Assembly (NCBI GenBank): GCA_038087875.1
Contig: CM075993.1
Span: 2,730,001-2,794,000 of the forward strand
Direction of reading: 5' to 3'
Length of the DNA: 64,000 nucleotides
From: Malacoraja senta
Lineage: Eukaryota
Shown: piece after piece, positions 1 through 14,278 of the stretch
Numbering within the stretch: position 1 is the first letter of the stretch
Layout of the letters: each line of letters starts with the position of its first letter
Program-made: the position numbers and the translations under genes
Notes under the pieces: model-generated
The model's database searches: none
What the model was told of the DNA's origin: nothing
The model's input: the letters and a program-made list of their open reading frames with translations, nothing else

Positions 1-269
1 GAGACCCACCTCAATCATTTCCGATCTTCCTTCCCTGGGCTTTCGCAAGAATTCTTTATAAATATTTTCAGCAGGAAAGGTTTTTAAAGCCAGAACAAAA
101 GAGAAATCAAACATCGTTTATCTCAAACCATGCATCAGTGCTGTAATGGTGTTATGATACATGTATATATATTTAAATATATATATATAGAATGTGCTTT
201 TTTGTATGACTGTATTGTGTATGTTTGACAAGAAAATGTCATCAGTTTCATTAAATTATATGTATGAAA

Positions 270-275
270 AATAAA
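270..275 (+). terminator. Candidate AATAAA ending the 3'UTR of a convergent plus-strand neighbour gene
   Basis: Bases 1-300 are unique, AU-rich and rich in TGTA motifs, ending in aaaaataaatattttgcac. Confidence 0.4.
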
Positions 276-1689
276 TATTTTGCACAATTACGACTGAATA
301 TGATTATATTTGGAGTTGTGAAGGAAGGAACTGCAGATGTTGGTTTATATCGAAGATAGACACTAAATGCTGGAGTAACTCAGTGGGACAGGCAGCATTT
401 TTGGATAAACAGAGAATGCTGCCTGTCCCGCTGAGTTATTCCAGCAAAATGCTGTATTTTGAGTTGCCCAGTTGCTGCTTCCAATGGTAAAGACTATACT
501 CGGCCCACCGAGTCCACATTGACCAGTGATCCTCGCACATGAACACTACCCTACACACACCAGGGACAATTTACAATTATACCAAGCCAATTTACCTACA
601 AATCTGTACATCTTTGGAGTGTGGGATGAAACTGGAGCAGCTTTGATCTGTGGTAGTTCTCAGAGATGCTGCCCGACCCCTTGAGTTATTTCAGCATTTT
701 GTGTCTATCTTAAACGTACACAGGAAGGGGAGGCACAGTCGCAGCTGGTTGAGCCATTATCTCACTGCACCAGAGTCCCGGGTTCAATCCTGACCTTGGG
801 TGCTGTCTGTGCGATCGATGCACATTCTCCCTGTGACCAGGTGAGTTTCCTCCAGCTTACTCCAACATCCCAGCGACGTGTAGGCGCAGGGAGTGGATGT
901 GCATTAGGCCATTCGGCCCATCAAGTCTATTCCACCATTCAATCATGGATGATCTATCTTCCCCCCTCAACCCCATTCCCTGCCTTCTCCCCATCAGGGT
1001 ATTGGCTAGAAGGAGAGGTTTGCAACATTTGGAGTATTTTCTCAGGAGTAATGGACGCAGTTATGCTTTCAGTTTAAGATTATAAGGCATTGACAGCCAT
1101 AACCTTTTTTACCCAGGGTGGAAACATTAAAGACTAGACGTGGCTTTCATAGGCACATTGATATTGCAGAGAAGGGTGGGATAGAACACAGAAACTTAGA
1201 AGATAGGTGCAGGAGTGGGCCATTCGGCCCTTTGAGCCAGCACCGCCATTCAAAATGATCATGGCTGATCATCCCCAATCAGTACCCCGTTCCTGCTTTC
1301 TCCCCATATATCTTGATTACATTAGCCTTAAGAGCTATAACTCTTGAAAACCTCCAGTGAATTGGCCTCCACTGTCTTCTGTGGCAGAGAATTCCATCAT
1401 GGATATGGATCACATACAGGCAGAGGAGATGAGTTGAAGAGGCCTTGAGATAGGCAAATGGTTATGCAGGGAATGAAGTTATATTGATCATGTAATGATG
1501 AGTTTAATATGACATCATGGTTGGCATGGACACTGGGCCGAAGGGCCTGTTCCTGTGCTGGGCTACTCTCTACAGCGCTGTCATCGTAGACAACTAGAAC
1601 ACACACACACACACACACCGGTCGATTCTTCGTGGAAACCAGGGATTAGAGTCGAGACCATCTTCGAGCAATAAAACACGAGACAGATT

Positions 1690-4657
1690 TGAGCTTTCCA
1701 CCGGACTGTACTTTATTTCAGTCAAAGCAGAATAGCGTTACCTACAGAACTACTTTCATTGTTTTACACTACATCAATCAGAATTACAGGGCGTGTGTTC
1801 TGTACAATCTCTAAGTTAAATTACATCTCTGGCAATAAAAGTGAGAGGGCAGAGAATCTTTCCACCCTCCGATAAATAAATACGAGCGGCATTATGGCAA
1901 TTAAATTATTAAAATTCAAGAAACAACAGTGATAAAAAAATGTCATCCAAAGTACTCAAATCTGATCATAAATAGCAAATAATAAATTATTTAAATATCA
2001 GATCTTAAATAGATGGGCTGAACAAATATCTGCATTGACCCATATTTCCTTTAAAATTTCATTTAATATTATGGTAACACATTGTAAATCTTAAATCCAT
2101 TTTTTATTCATCTGTGTATTATAAAGAAAAAAGAAAGAAAAATATGCTATACTATATGTACAAATGTAGTAAGGTCTTGGTAGCTAGTTTGCAATACCTG
2201 TAACGAGAGGAATTTGTTAGTTAAAAGCTTATCGCTTGAATGCGTCTTTCTGCTGGCGTAATGCAAACGCAGTCTCCTTCGTCTGGTCTGAAGTTTATGA
2301 GGAGCAGAAGCAAAGACGTTGGTACTAATGTAAGATATGTTATTCTTCCTCATTGAAAGCTGACTTTTTATGCATTACTGCTGTACTGCTGGTTCATAAT
2401 ATAAATGACTGAAGCAAAGTTCCACCCATTTGTTTCTCAGGCAACGTAGTGTCCATGTCTTACCCTTAGCCTTCCCATTGACGACTTGATCAAGCCAAGG
2501 AGAGCAGGAGGCAAATGCTTGTGGCTGTGTGCTTTGGCGCGTTATATTCATTTGTGGATTGGTGGCTGGATTCGAAATCCGGGCAGTATGAGTCCAAACC
2601 TCATCAAGGCAGGTCAACACTTTGGAAACGGAGGGAGGAAGTATCTAACCATAACCATAAACTCAAGCCAAAACCAGAACATGGCTGCGGCTTGCATCTC
2701 TGGAGAGAAGGAACGGGTGACGTTACGGGTCGAGACCCTTCTTTAAACCCTTCCCGATCCGAAACGTCACCCACCCCAGAGATGCTGCCTGTCACGCTGA
2801 GTTACTCCAGCATCTTGTGTCTATCTTCAGTGTGTTTGTAAACCAGCATCTGCAGTTCCTTCCTACACAGGGCTGGGCTTGGTGGAGTTTTTATTTACCG
2901 GGATGCTGCCTAGATAGAAGGTATTACTTATAAGGAGAGGTTGGAGAAACCTTTTTCTCTAGAGCATTGGAGGCTGAGGGGAGAATGTTCCAAATTATGG
3001 ACGGCAAAGGAAGGGTAGACAATCAGAGCCTTTTTCTCAGGGCGGAAATGTCAAATATTTTCAGGTCCACGGTGCGAAGTTTAAAGGAGATGGTGGGGCA
3101 AATTTTCTACTCAGAGGGTGGTGCATACCTGGGACATGCTGCCGGGGGTGATGGTGAAAAGAGATACATTAGTGGGGTTTAAGACACTCTTAGATAGGCA
3201 CATGGGATGTGTGGATGTAGGGATATGGATGACGTGCAGGAAGAGGGCGTTAGTTGAATTTGGCATCACGTTTTGGCACAGGTATTGTGGGCCCCGTTCT
3301 GTGCTGTTGGTTGTTGGATAGTGTGAGTGAGTGCCTGGTGCCTCAGGGTATAATGCAACACCTTGAAGTACAGCAACATTGGTTGCAATTCATATTGCAT
3401 ATGTGGAGAGGAAGAGAGAGGACTAGCGGGAGAGTCTAAGAGCCTCAGAATTAAAGGACGTTTCTTTAGGCAGGAGATGCGGATGGATTTCTTCAGTCAG
3501 AGGGTGGTGTGTCTATGGAATTCTTTGTCACGGAAGGCTGTGGAGGACAAGTCAATGGATATTTTTATGGTGTTGAGTTGGAGAGATCGAACAGCCATGA
3601 TTGAATGATAGAGTGTACCTGATGGGCCAAATGGCCTAATTCTGCTCCTATCACTTATCATCTTATGACCTTTGGACATTATAAGGACATAAGACTCCTG
3701 AATAGTAGACTCATCACACTGCCTGAGAAACAAACTCAACCAACAGATCTGATCCGATACGAACAGATTTTTTTCCCGATAGTACTAGTAATAAATAAAT
3801 GCTTAGTAACAGCAAGAACAGCATTTCTAAATTGTTTACAAGTAACCTCTAGTGCTTTTATAATGGACATCCTGTTATTTCATCAGCTACTGTACATTGA
3901 GACACAGCTCATAAGTCTGCTTTCAGGAATATAAAATGAATTGTTTCTGCTCCAATATAATCGCAGAATCGATTGTCTTTCTATGTCTGAGTGCCAAACC
4001 CTAAAATGACTCTTAAATCCTATGAAGCCTTTTCTTGTACACACAAGTATTTTGTCTAAGTCACCATGAAATGGTATGATCTATTTTTTTTTTTCGTGTT
4101 TTACTTACAACTATAAGATTTAAAAAAATTTTGGTCCTTTGGTCCCTACTCGTCTAAGGAATGATGTGATTTACAGTAGTACACTTGTTAAGTCTCTGTG
4201 CCAGCCTTTGTAAATGTTTCCCTTTAAATCTGTAATACCCTCTCTGTTTCAGAGGCATACGTCCACATTTGTCTTAGGCACACACACACTTATCCAGCTG
4301 GCTTTGGTTAATTTGAAAAGTCTGTAATTATCGTATAATCCTCTGAAAAGTTGTTCCGTGCTTTCTGATCAATTCAGTCACGGAGAATCTCAATGCCCCT
4401 TTCCACAGTTCCAGCGAGGTTATGAATTTAATTTCTTGTCATTTGTTTTGTTTTGATTTTTTTGTTTTGTTTTTTGATCCGTCCAACATCCATTTTTAAT
4501 TCCCCCAAATCCGTTCCCGAGCCGGGGGGGGGGTCCTCCCCCCCCCCCCCCCTTTGAAATCTAATCATCCACAGTGATTCGCAGCAAAAAAAAAGTCATT
4601 TAGTTTTCAAGACTGCACTTGTGACAAGGTATCATTGAATGTGGTGGTGTTTCCAAC
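1690..4657 (-). other. Probable terminal 3'UTR exon of the CELF gene
   Basis: Acceptor ctctcag|GTTGG at 4657 follows a long pyrimidine tract. Unique AU-rich sequence at 3700-4657 and 1700-2650. Minus-strand AATAAA at 2103-2108 and 1712-1717. Inferred only, no transcript data. Confidence 0.55.
1712..1717 (-). terminator. Candidate polyadenylation signal AATAAA of the CELF gene
   Basis: Plus-strand tttatt; downstream on the minus strand is a GU/U-rich stretch (tctgtctcgtgttttattg). Confidence 0.5.
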
Positions 4658-4659
4658 CT

Positions 4660-5308
4660 GAGAGGGAGAGGGAGAGGGAGAGAGAGGGATAGAGGGAAGG
4701 GGAGAGGGAGAGGGAGAGGGAGAGGAAAGGGAGAGGGAGAGGGATAGATGGAGAGGGAGAGGGAAGGGAGAGGGAGAGGGAGAGGGAGAGGGAGAGGAGA
4801 GGAGAGGGAGAGGGAGAGGAGAGGGAGAGGGAGAGGGAGAGGGAGAGGGAGAGGGAGAGGGAGAGGGAGAGGGAGAGGGAGGGAGGGATAGATGGAAAGG
4901 GAGAGTGAGAAGGAGAGATAGAGGGAGAGGGAGAGGGATAGAGGGAGAGGGAGAGGGAGAGGGAGAGGGAGAGGCAGAGGCAGAGGGAGAGGGAGAGGGA
5001 GAGGGAGAGGGAGAGGGAGAGGGAGAGGGAGAGGGAGAGGGAGAGGGATTAGAGGGAGAGGGAGAGGGAGGGGAGGGAGAGGGATAGAGAGGGAGAGGGA
5101 GAGGGAGAGGGAGAGGGAGAGGGAGAGGGAGAGGGAGAGGGAGAGGGAGAGGGAGAGGGAGAGGCAGAGGCAGAGGGAGAGGCAGAGGGAAAGGGAGAGG
5201 GAGAAAGGGAGAGGGATAGAGGGAGAGGGAGAGAGGGATAGAGGGAGAGGGAGAAAGGGAGAGGGAGAGAGAGGGAAGGAGGGAGAGAGAAACAGAGAGG
5301 GAGAGAGA
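4660..5308. repeat. (GAGAGG)n polypurine microsatellite
   Basis: Direct reading. Confidence 0.97.
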
Positions 5309-6494
5309 ACAACATAAAGACAAAAAATATGCATTAATACAATATGAAGATCATTACGTGGAAAGCATCTAGTAAGCATTCAGTGGCAAAGCTAGGTTCT
5401 GTATTGACTATTACAAATAGTATTCATACTATTTTCCCCCATATTTAACTATTTTTTATATTCCTTGCCTTGAGATAAGGTTTTGGCGAACATTAGACTT
5501 GGAGAAAAGGTGTGAACAATTGTCTTTTCACAAGTAGAGCCATCTAATCAATATTTCACTGAGAGGAACGGATAGGGTGTAACACATGTTATTCAGGTTG
5601 GGGACTCAAGAACCAGAGATAGGGTTAAGGTGAGGGGGGAAAGATTTAATCGGGACCTAAGGGGGCAAATTTTCACACAGAGGGAGGTGGGCGCGCAAAC
5701 CAGTCAGCGGAAAAGACAATACACGATTACAATCGAGCCATTTACAGTGTACAGATACATGATAAGGGAATAACGTTTAGTGCAAGGTAAAGCCAGCAAA
5801 GTCCGATCAAGGATAGTCCGAGGGTCACCAATGAGGTGGATAGTAGTTCAGGACCGCTCTCTGGTTGTGGTAGGATGGTTCAGTTGCCTGATAACAGCTG
5901 GGAAGAAACTGTCCCTGAATTTGGTGCTGGCTCGAAGGGCCGAATGGCCTACTCCTGCACCTATTGTCTATTGAGTTGGGGATATGTTTACAGAGCTGAG
6001 GGGCTGTGGCACAAAATTGTTCGGCAATCACTGGTTTAGAGGGAAATGGGATTGGGATTGGACAGGCTAGATGCAGGAAACATGTTCCCCATGTTGGGGG
6101 GAGTCCAGAACCAGGGGTCACACAGTTTAAGAATAAGGGGTAGGCCATTTAGGACTGAGATGAGGAAAAACATTTTCATCCAGAGAGTTTGTGAATCTGT
6201 GGAATTCTCTGCCACAGAAGGCAGTGGAGGCCGATTCACTGGATGTTTTCAAGAGAGAGTTAGATTTAGCTCTTGGGGCTAATGGAATCAAGAGATATAG
6301 GGAGAAAGCAGGAACGGGGTACTGATTCTGGATGATCATATTGAATTGTGGTGCTGGCTCGAAGGGTCGAATGGCCTTACTCCTGCACCTATTCTCTATG
6401 TTCTAATCGGCTAGCTAGCTTAGATGGGGCAGGTGGGTCGGCACGGAGGAGATGGGCCGAGCGTGCTGTGTGGCTCTCTGTGACCAAACTGTAA

Positions 6495-6846
6495 CCTGGC
6501 TCAGCACTTCAACTCCCCCTCCCATTTCCGAATCCGACGTCCCTGTCCTGGGCCTCCTCCATGGCCAGAGTGAGCAACACCGGATATTGGAGGATCAGCA
6601 CCTCATATTCCGCTCGGGTAGTCTGCATCCTCTGGGCATGAACATAGAATTCTCACAATTCAGTTAACCCTTGCTGTCTCCTCCCCTTCCTACCTCTCCC
6701 TCAGCCCCCGGGCTCCTCCTCCTCCTTTTTCCTTTCTTCCCCCCGCCTCCCCCCACCCCCCCCATCAGTCTGAAGAAGGGTTTTGGGCCCGAAACGTTGC
6801 CTATCTCCTTCGCTCCATAGATGCTGCTGCACCCGCTGAGTTCCTC
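6495..6846 (+). mobile_element. Penelope-like element 3' fragment
   Basis: Similar to 15465-15850; hammerhead core at 6770-6798. Confidence 0.8.
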
Positions 6847-7614
6847 TACCTGTAACACTGCCCTAGTTGTGCCACTGAATGACGCGAGGTTTAACCACTC
6901 TCTACGACTGAAGGAGTCACCGCACCAGAGGTTACTGTGAACGCTCACCAGAAACAATTTCACAAAGAAAAGAACAAGCTGAGTAAACTTCCAACGCTGT
7001 TACTGGTGCATGCTGGGGTGGAAAGGAACAACCATGCACAGTTTAGAATCCATTGAACGCAAACACAGCAACTCTGCTTTGAAACACAAGTAACAATCCT
7101 GCAGCACCAGCATTATGCAGTGGAGGACCCTTTCCATTTCACGCGTGGTCAATAAACTCAGTAACACAAAATTGCCTTTGCCTGTCCCAAACCTGGCTAT
7201 CCACTATCCACCAGCTCCCCATGGCGCAAAGGGATGGAGTAATTGCAGCTCCTCGCCTTCTGGCTGCACTTCACACCCGCCACCCTCATCTTTGGACACC
7301 CTGTGCGTAGGGGAGAGAGGGTGGGGCCGAGGAGGTCCTGGTTGGGTTGTTCCTGGGCCTGGCCAAGGCCGGGCGGAAGAGCCGGCTGCCTGCCCCTTCT
7401 CCGGGGTTACGTCCGAGCCTGGGTGGCACTAGTGAGGGACTACCCGCTGTCCACGGGCGCCCTGGGGGATTTCCGGCACCGCTGGGCACCCTAGAGGTGG
7501 GAATGCATCCTCGACAAGGACGGGGAAAGTCATTTAAGAATATTTGTTTTACTTGTACTATGGTGGTGGGTATTGTTTTGAATCAGTTAGTATTGTACAT
7601 ATTGTACAAATGTA

Positions 7615-8085
7615 AAGAGCTGGAGTAACTCAGCGGGTCAGGCAGCATCTGTGGAGAACATGGATAGGTGACGTTTCACACAGTGCTGGAGTAACTCAGC
7701 GGGTCAGGCAGCATCTGTGGAGCGAAGGAAATGGGCAACCTTTCAGGCCGAAACCCTGAAGGAATAGGCAACGTTTCGGGCCGAAACCCGGAAGGGTTTC
7801 GTGCCGAAACGTTGCCTATTTCCTTCGCTCCATAGATGCTGCCGGAACATGGATAGGTGACGTTTCACAGAGTGCTGGAGTAATTCAGCGGGTCAGGCAG
7901 CATCTGTGGAGAACATGGATAGGTGACGTTTCACAGAGCGCTGGAGTAACTCAGCGGGTCAGGCAGCATCTGTGGAGAACATGGATAGGTGACGTTTCAC
8001 AGAGTGCTGGAGTAACTCAGCGGGTCAGGCAGCATCTGTGGAGAACATGGATAGGTGACGTTGCAGGTCAGGACTCTTCTTTAGA
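7615..8085 (-). repeat. 66-bp tandem repeat derived from the Penelope pLTR
   Basis: cgtttcac recurs at 7861, 7927 and 7993; the same unit occurs at 13932-14175. Confidence 0.85.
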
Positions 8086-8244
8086 CTTCACTTGCACTTC
8101 CTGCCAGCATTTATTTTAAGAGGACTAGAATACAAAACAGGGATGTAATGCTGAGGCTTCTTTATGAACTGCATGTCTATTGTAACTCCACCATTTTGCT
8201 GAGGAAAGATGGCACCATTACTCCTCGAGGTGAAGCTAGGAAGC

Positions 8245-8850
8245 TACTGCAGATGCTGGTTTAAATCGAAGATAGACACAGAATGCTGGAGACAGGCAGC
8301 ATCTGTGGATGGAAGGAGTGGGTGACGTTTCGGGTCGAGACCCTTCTTCAGACTGATGTCAGCAGAGAGGGAGATACATAGATAAGGAAGTGTAAGGTGT
8401 GTAAACAGGTCAAAGGGGATGGAGATCAGGGGACATTGTAGAATAGATCGTTGTTAGCTGGGAGAAGGTAACAACAAAGCAAACAGAGATAGAATGTAGT
8501 CGGAGACGGTCAGACTGGGAAGGGGGAGGGGATGGAGAGAGAGGGAAAGCAAGGGTTACTTGAAGTTAGAGAAGTCAATATTCATACCGCTGGGGTGTAA
8601 GCTGCCCAAGCGAAATATGAGGTGCTGTTCCTCCAATTCACTGTGAAAATAGAGGGGGCACAGGACAGAAAGGTCAGTGTGGGAATGGGCGGGGGAGTTA
8701 AAATGTTGAGCAACCAGGAGATCAGGTAGGTTTAGGCGGACTGAGCGGAGGTGTTCAGCGAAACGATCGCCGAGCCTTGGCTTCGCTGCCATCACCCATT
8801 CCTTCTCTCCAGAGATGCTGCCCGTCCCGCTGAGTTACTCCAGCACGTTG
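8245..8850 (-). mobile_element. Penelope-like element fragment with an inverted pLTR piece at the other end
   Basis: ORF 8556-8795 RLGDRFAEHLRSVRLN..VAQHFNSP; hammerhead core at 8324-8351. Confidence 0.82.
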
Positions 8851-9989
8851 CGTCTATGAACTGGGGAAGCTGGTGGTGAGAAACTGGCAGCCTTATGAGA
8901 AGCTGGTGTTTCCGTGAAGATTTTCGGAAGGAGGGGAGGCAATTTTGTGTCACGCTTCTCTCCAAGATGGTCTCCCATAATTGCGTACTGATACGCCCGG
9001 CAAAAATGGAAAAGGTCCTTGTATTTCTTCAATATCGCGGTAGATATTCTTTAAAGGCAAGATATTGAAAAAGGCATCGGTCGGTGACATAGATATTCAT
9101 GACCAGTGGTGAAATAGCAAGGAAATTGCAGGATAAGAAGCCAACTCTCAATCTATTTTTCTCTCGATATATAAGTTGCACATTCAATATGGCACCACAA
9201 CATAGAAGTCACACTACAAAAACAGCAATATTTAACCCACGGGCACATTCTGGTCAGGGTTGTGACCGACTAACACTCCAGGTTTACTTACAACGACCAC
9301 TAACGGTTACCAAGGGCAAATACTAATGACGAACTGGCACAACTGGCAAAGAAATAGACGGTGAACACACGGGACCTCACTTCATGCAACAGTCCGCCAC
9401 AGGATAGGACTTCTTCACACCACACCTACGCTGCAGAAAACGGCCAACTTACTGCTCGGGGAATATGCCTTCCCCATGACTGCTAGTGTTGTTAGGCAAC
9501 GTCACAGGGTTTTGGGAATGAGCGTTTGTGGGCGTCAGTTGCTATGAGTGGGCCCTGCCTGGTTTCATAGGGTTTTCAGTTGCAAGAGAAAAGAACATGT
9601 GTTTTCGGAGATGCAGCAGGATGGCGTAGTTCTCTGTTTACTTTCCTTCAAAAACCTCCGGCCCCTCCGGCCCCACCCCCCCCTCTTCCCACGCCCAGAG
9701 TATCGTTACCTCTTGTCGCACGCCACTCTTATGACAATGAAAAGAAAAGAGACATTTAACAAGGTGTAACAAATTAACTTACACAACGGAAACAACATGG
9801 TCTATTGCATGGGGGTTAATACACCATCGCTTGGCTGGTACCCCTTCATCTCCGAACCTGGGCATTGTGTTGTCAAGGTAACCCTGCCTGCCACCCTTCA
9901 CTTTATCTCCATTTACTTGGCATTTTCATCGGAGGCTGAGGAATGATGTCTGGTTCCGACATTCCCAACCTCAAGGAGAACATTCCTAA

Positions 9990-10171
9990 AGGGGCTGTCC
10001 CACTGTACGAGTTTACCCAAGAGCTCTCCCTTGGGTAAAAAAAAAACTCGGGGTAAGCACGTAGAATGTACGTAGCGGGTACGTCGGAGCTCGGGGACAG
10101 ACGTCTCTTAGCGGCTCGTCACGCTAACGGCAGGTACTCGGGAAACGCGGTAAGCTCGTGAAGTTTTTTCA
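9990..10171. mobile_element. Truncated PIF/Harbinger-type MITE
   Basis: TAA then aggggctgtcccact; interior matches 21790-22120; second TIR missing. Confidence 0.7.
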
Positions 10172-10690
10172 CTGGAAGAAATTTAAGAAACAGTTAGACA
10201 GGCACATGGACAGGACAGGTTTGGAGGGATATGGACCAAACGCGGGAGGTGGGGCTAGTGTAGCCGGGACATGTTGGCAAGTTGGGCTGAAGGGCCTGTT
10301 TTCACACTGTATCGTTCTATGACTCTATGACACTGAATAAGAACGATCATCTTATGTACCTATAGAATCAAGGGGTGTGGATGTCAGATGGGTGAGTGGA
10401 TGAGATAGATGTTCTGATTATTTGATCACAGAGTTAGCCCAGGGGTAATCTGCTCTTGTCTCCAGTAACACGTTCCATTTTCATGGACACTGATTTGCTG
10501 CCTTCCCATTTATCAACCTGCAATTGGATTATTTCTGCTCAGTCAACATCTCAGGAAGAAATGACTATTAACTTACATATTTCTGCCCTACAATAATCTT
10601 GTTGTCTCCCGAAAAAACACTTCACCTCGTGATTCTGTTCACTGCTAGAGATGCCAGTGAAATTATTCAAGTATCTTTCATGTGAAAAAC

Positions 10691-11475
<785 letters not shown>

Positions 11476-12106
11476 ATGTGTGCATGTTTCCGGTTTTCTC
11501 CCACATCCCAAAAGACGTGCGAGTTTGCAGCTTAATTGTCTTCTAGGAATTGCCCTTCATGTGGAGTGAACGAACGCAAAAATGGGATGACATAGAACTA
11601 GTGTGAATTGGTGATCAATGGACAGCATGGACCCTGCGGGCCAAAGGGCCTGTTTCCACACTGTATCTTATGTTCCCTTCCCTTTTCCAGGTTTGTTTCT
11701 GTTATGGGAATGTAACCATTTTAACATTTGCAATGAAATCCTCCCTTCCCCATTTATTCCCGTAATGTGTAAGGATTTATACAGATTCTTAATTTCACAA
11801 TTAACAAATACACTAATGAGAATATTAATTATGGAGCGGCCCGAAGGAATGTGACAAAGCTTTATCAGTCAAAGGAAAATGAGCTGTCCTCGTTAATCAA
11901 GTCTAAAGATTTATTTCAGTACATTTGATTGCATAATGGATGCAATGGCCTTTTTAAAACTAATCAATTTTTCAAAATGCCAATTTAAATCTTGCATTTT
12001 CAATGTGGCTTCATTGGAACAATCGCTCCCTCTTGTGGTAAACTCGAGCAACTCAGCGGTTCAGGCAGCATCTCTGTGGAACATAGAACTTTGTTGGGAT
12101 GTGGCC

Positions 12107-12620
12107 CTTCTTGCCATTGAGGGAGTGCAGCGTAGGTTCAGCTGGTTAATTCCCCGGGATGGCGGGACTGGCATATGATGAAAGGATGGGTCGACTAGGC
12201 TTGTATTCACTGGAGTTTAGAAAGATGAGAGGGGATCTTATAAAATTCTTAAGGGATTGGACAGGCTGGATGCAGGAAAAATGTTCCCCATGTTGGGGGA
12301 GCCCAGGACCAGGGGTCACACAGTTTAAGAATAAGGGTTAGGTCATTTAGGACGGAGATGAGGAAAAACTTTTTCACCCAGAGAGTTGTGAATCTGTGTG
12401 GAATTCTCTGCCACAGAAGGCAGTGGAGGCCGATTCACTGGATGTTTTCATGAGAGAGTTAGATTTAACTCTTAGGGCTAACGGAATCAAGGGATATGGG
12501 GAGAAAGCAGGAACTGGGTACTGATTTTGGATGATCAGCCATGATCATATTGAATGGCGGTGCTGGCACGAAGGGCCGAATGGCCTACTCCTGCATCTAT
12601 TTTCTATGTTTCTATGTTTC
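12107..12620 (+). mobile_element. CR1-clade LINE 3' fragment (others at about 2900-3670, 6050-6405, 17640-18195, 23650-24000, 34125-34655, 36930-37420, 38200-39320, 63450-63843)
   Basis: Same CR1 ORF2 C-terminal motifs and tail. Confidence 0.87.
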
Positions 12621-12749
12621 TTCAGACCCGAAACGTTAGCCATCCTTTGTCTCCAGAGGTGCTGCCTGACCCTCTGAGTTACTCCTGCTCTTTGTTTCTA
12701 TCTGTGGTATAAACCAGCATCTGCAGTTCTGTGTTTCTACAAAGAATCG

Positions 12750-13157
12750 TCAGTTCAGTTCAGTTTATTGCCGCATGTACCGAGGTACAGTGAAAAGCTT
12801 TTGTTGCGGGCTATCCAGTCAGCAGAAAGACAACACATGATTACAATCGAGCCATTTACAGTGTACAGATACATGATAAGGGAATAGCGTTTAGTGCAAG
12901 GTAAAGCCAGCAAAGTCCGATCAAGGATAGTCCGAGGGTCACCAATGAGGTGGATAGTAGTTCAGCACTGCTCTCTGGTTGTGGTAGGATGGTTCAGTGG
13001 CCTGATAACAGCTGGGAAGAAACTGCCCCTGAATCTGGAGGTGTGCGTTTACACACTTCTATACCTCTTGCCTGATGGGGGAGGGGAGAAGAGGGAGTGG
13101 CCGGGGTGCGACTGGTCCTTGATTACGCTGCTGGCCTTGCCGAGGCAGCGTGAGGTG
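12750..13157 (-). mobile_element. Rex1/Babar-type LINE 3' fragment (near-identical piece at 5700-5921)
   Basis: Minus strand reads SPPPSGKRYRSV..SRFRGSFFPAVI-like motif; (ctgaa)n tail. Confidence 0.7.
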
Positions 13158-13931
13158 TTATACGAACCAGAATGTCATTCTTGGTGCAATAAAACTTTGT
13201 CGTGAGATTGAGATTGTTCGCCCCTTTTACTGATCTCACACACGATGTTGGCCAGAAAAACACACGTCTGCCCAGCGATGAATAGTGATAATGAACATTA
13301 ATATTTGTGACATCAATAAATGAATATACTGCCATCACAAACTCAATTATATCGTACTCTTACAGTCACTGAGTCACACAGCACAGATACAGGCCTTGCG
13401 TATCAACTTGACCATGCCGACCAACCCTTAACGTCACCCAATACTTTTCTCCAGAGATGCTGCCTGTCCCGCTGACTTACTCCAGCACTTTGTGTCTACC
13501 TTCGATTTAAACCAGCATCTGCAGTTCCTTCCGACCCACTCTGCCACATCTAAGCTCTCGCTCTTTATCATGTATCTATACACCGTGGATGGTTCGATTG
13601 TAATCATGTGTTGTCTGAAGAAGGGTTTCGGCCCGAAACGTTGCCTATTTCCTTCGCTCCATAGATGCTGCCTCACCCGCTGAGTTTCTCCAGCATTTTT
13701 GTCCACCTTGTCTTTCCACTGGTACACAAAAATGCTGGAGAAACTCAGCGGGTGCAGCAGCATCTATGGAGCGAAGGAAATAGGCAACGTTTCAGGCCGA
13801 AACCCTTCTTCAGACTACACATGAACTACTATCTACCTCATTGTCTTTCCACTGACTGGTTTGCACTGTATCAGAGTAGATGTGACAATAAACTAAACTA
13901 AACTAAGCCAGTCCCATTTGTCCATAAAAAG

Positions 13932-14278
13932 ACACAGAGTGCTGGAGTAACTCAGTGGGTCAGGCAGCATCTGTGGAGAACATGGATAGGTGACGTTTCA
14001 CAGAGTGCTGGAGTAACTCAGCGGGTCAGGCAGCATCTGTGGAGAACATGGATAGGTGACGTTTCACAGAGTGCTGGAGTAACTCAGCGGGTCAGGCAGC
14101 ATCTGTGGAGAACATGGATAGGTGACGTTTCACAGAGTGCTGGAGCAACTCAGCGGGTCAGGCAGCATCTGTGGAGCGAAGGAAATGGGCAACCTTTCGG
14201 GCCGAAACCCTGAAGGAAATAAGCAACGTTTTGGGCCGAAACCCGGCCTATTTCCTTCGCTCTATAGATGCTGCCAGC
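13932..14278 (-). repeat. Second array of the 66-bp pLTR-derived repeat
   Basis: Three or more units followed by the same gagcgaaggaaatgggcaacctttc variant junction as at 7720. Confidence 0.85.

Noticed and set aside
735..800. tRNA gene (A/B boxes)
   Set aside because: tRNA-derived head of the SINE family, followed by SINE body.
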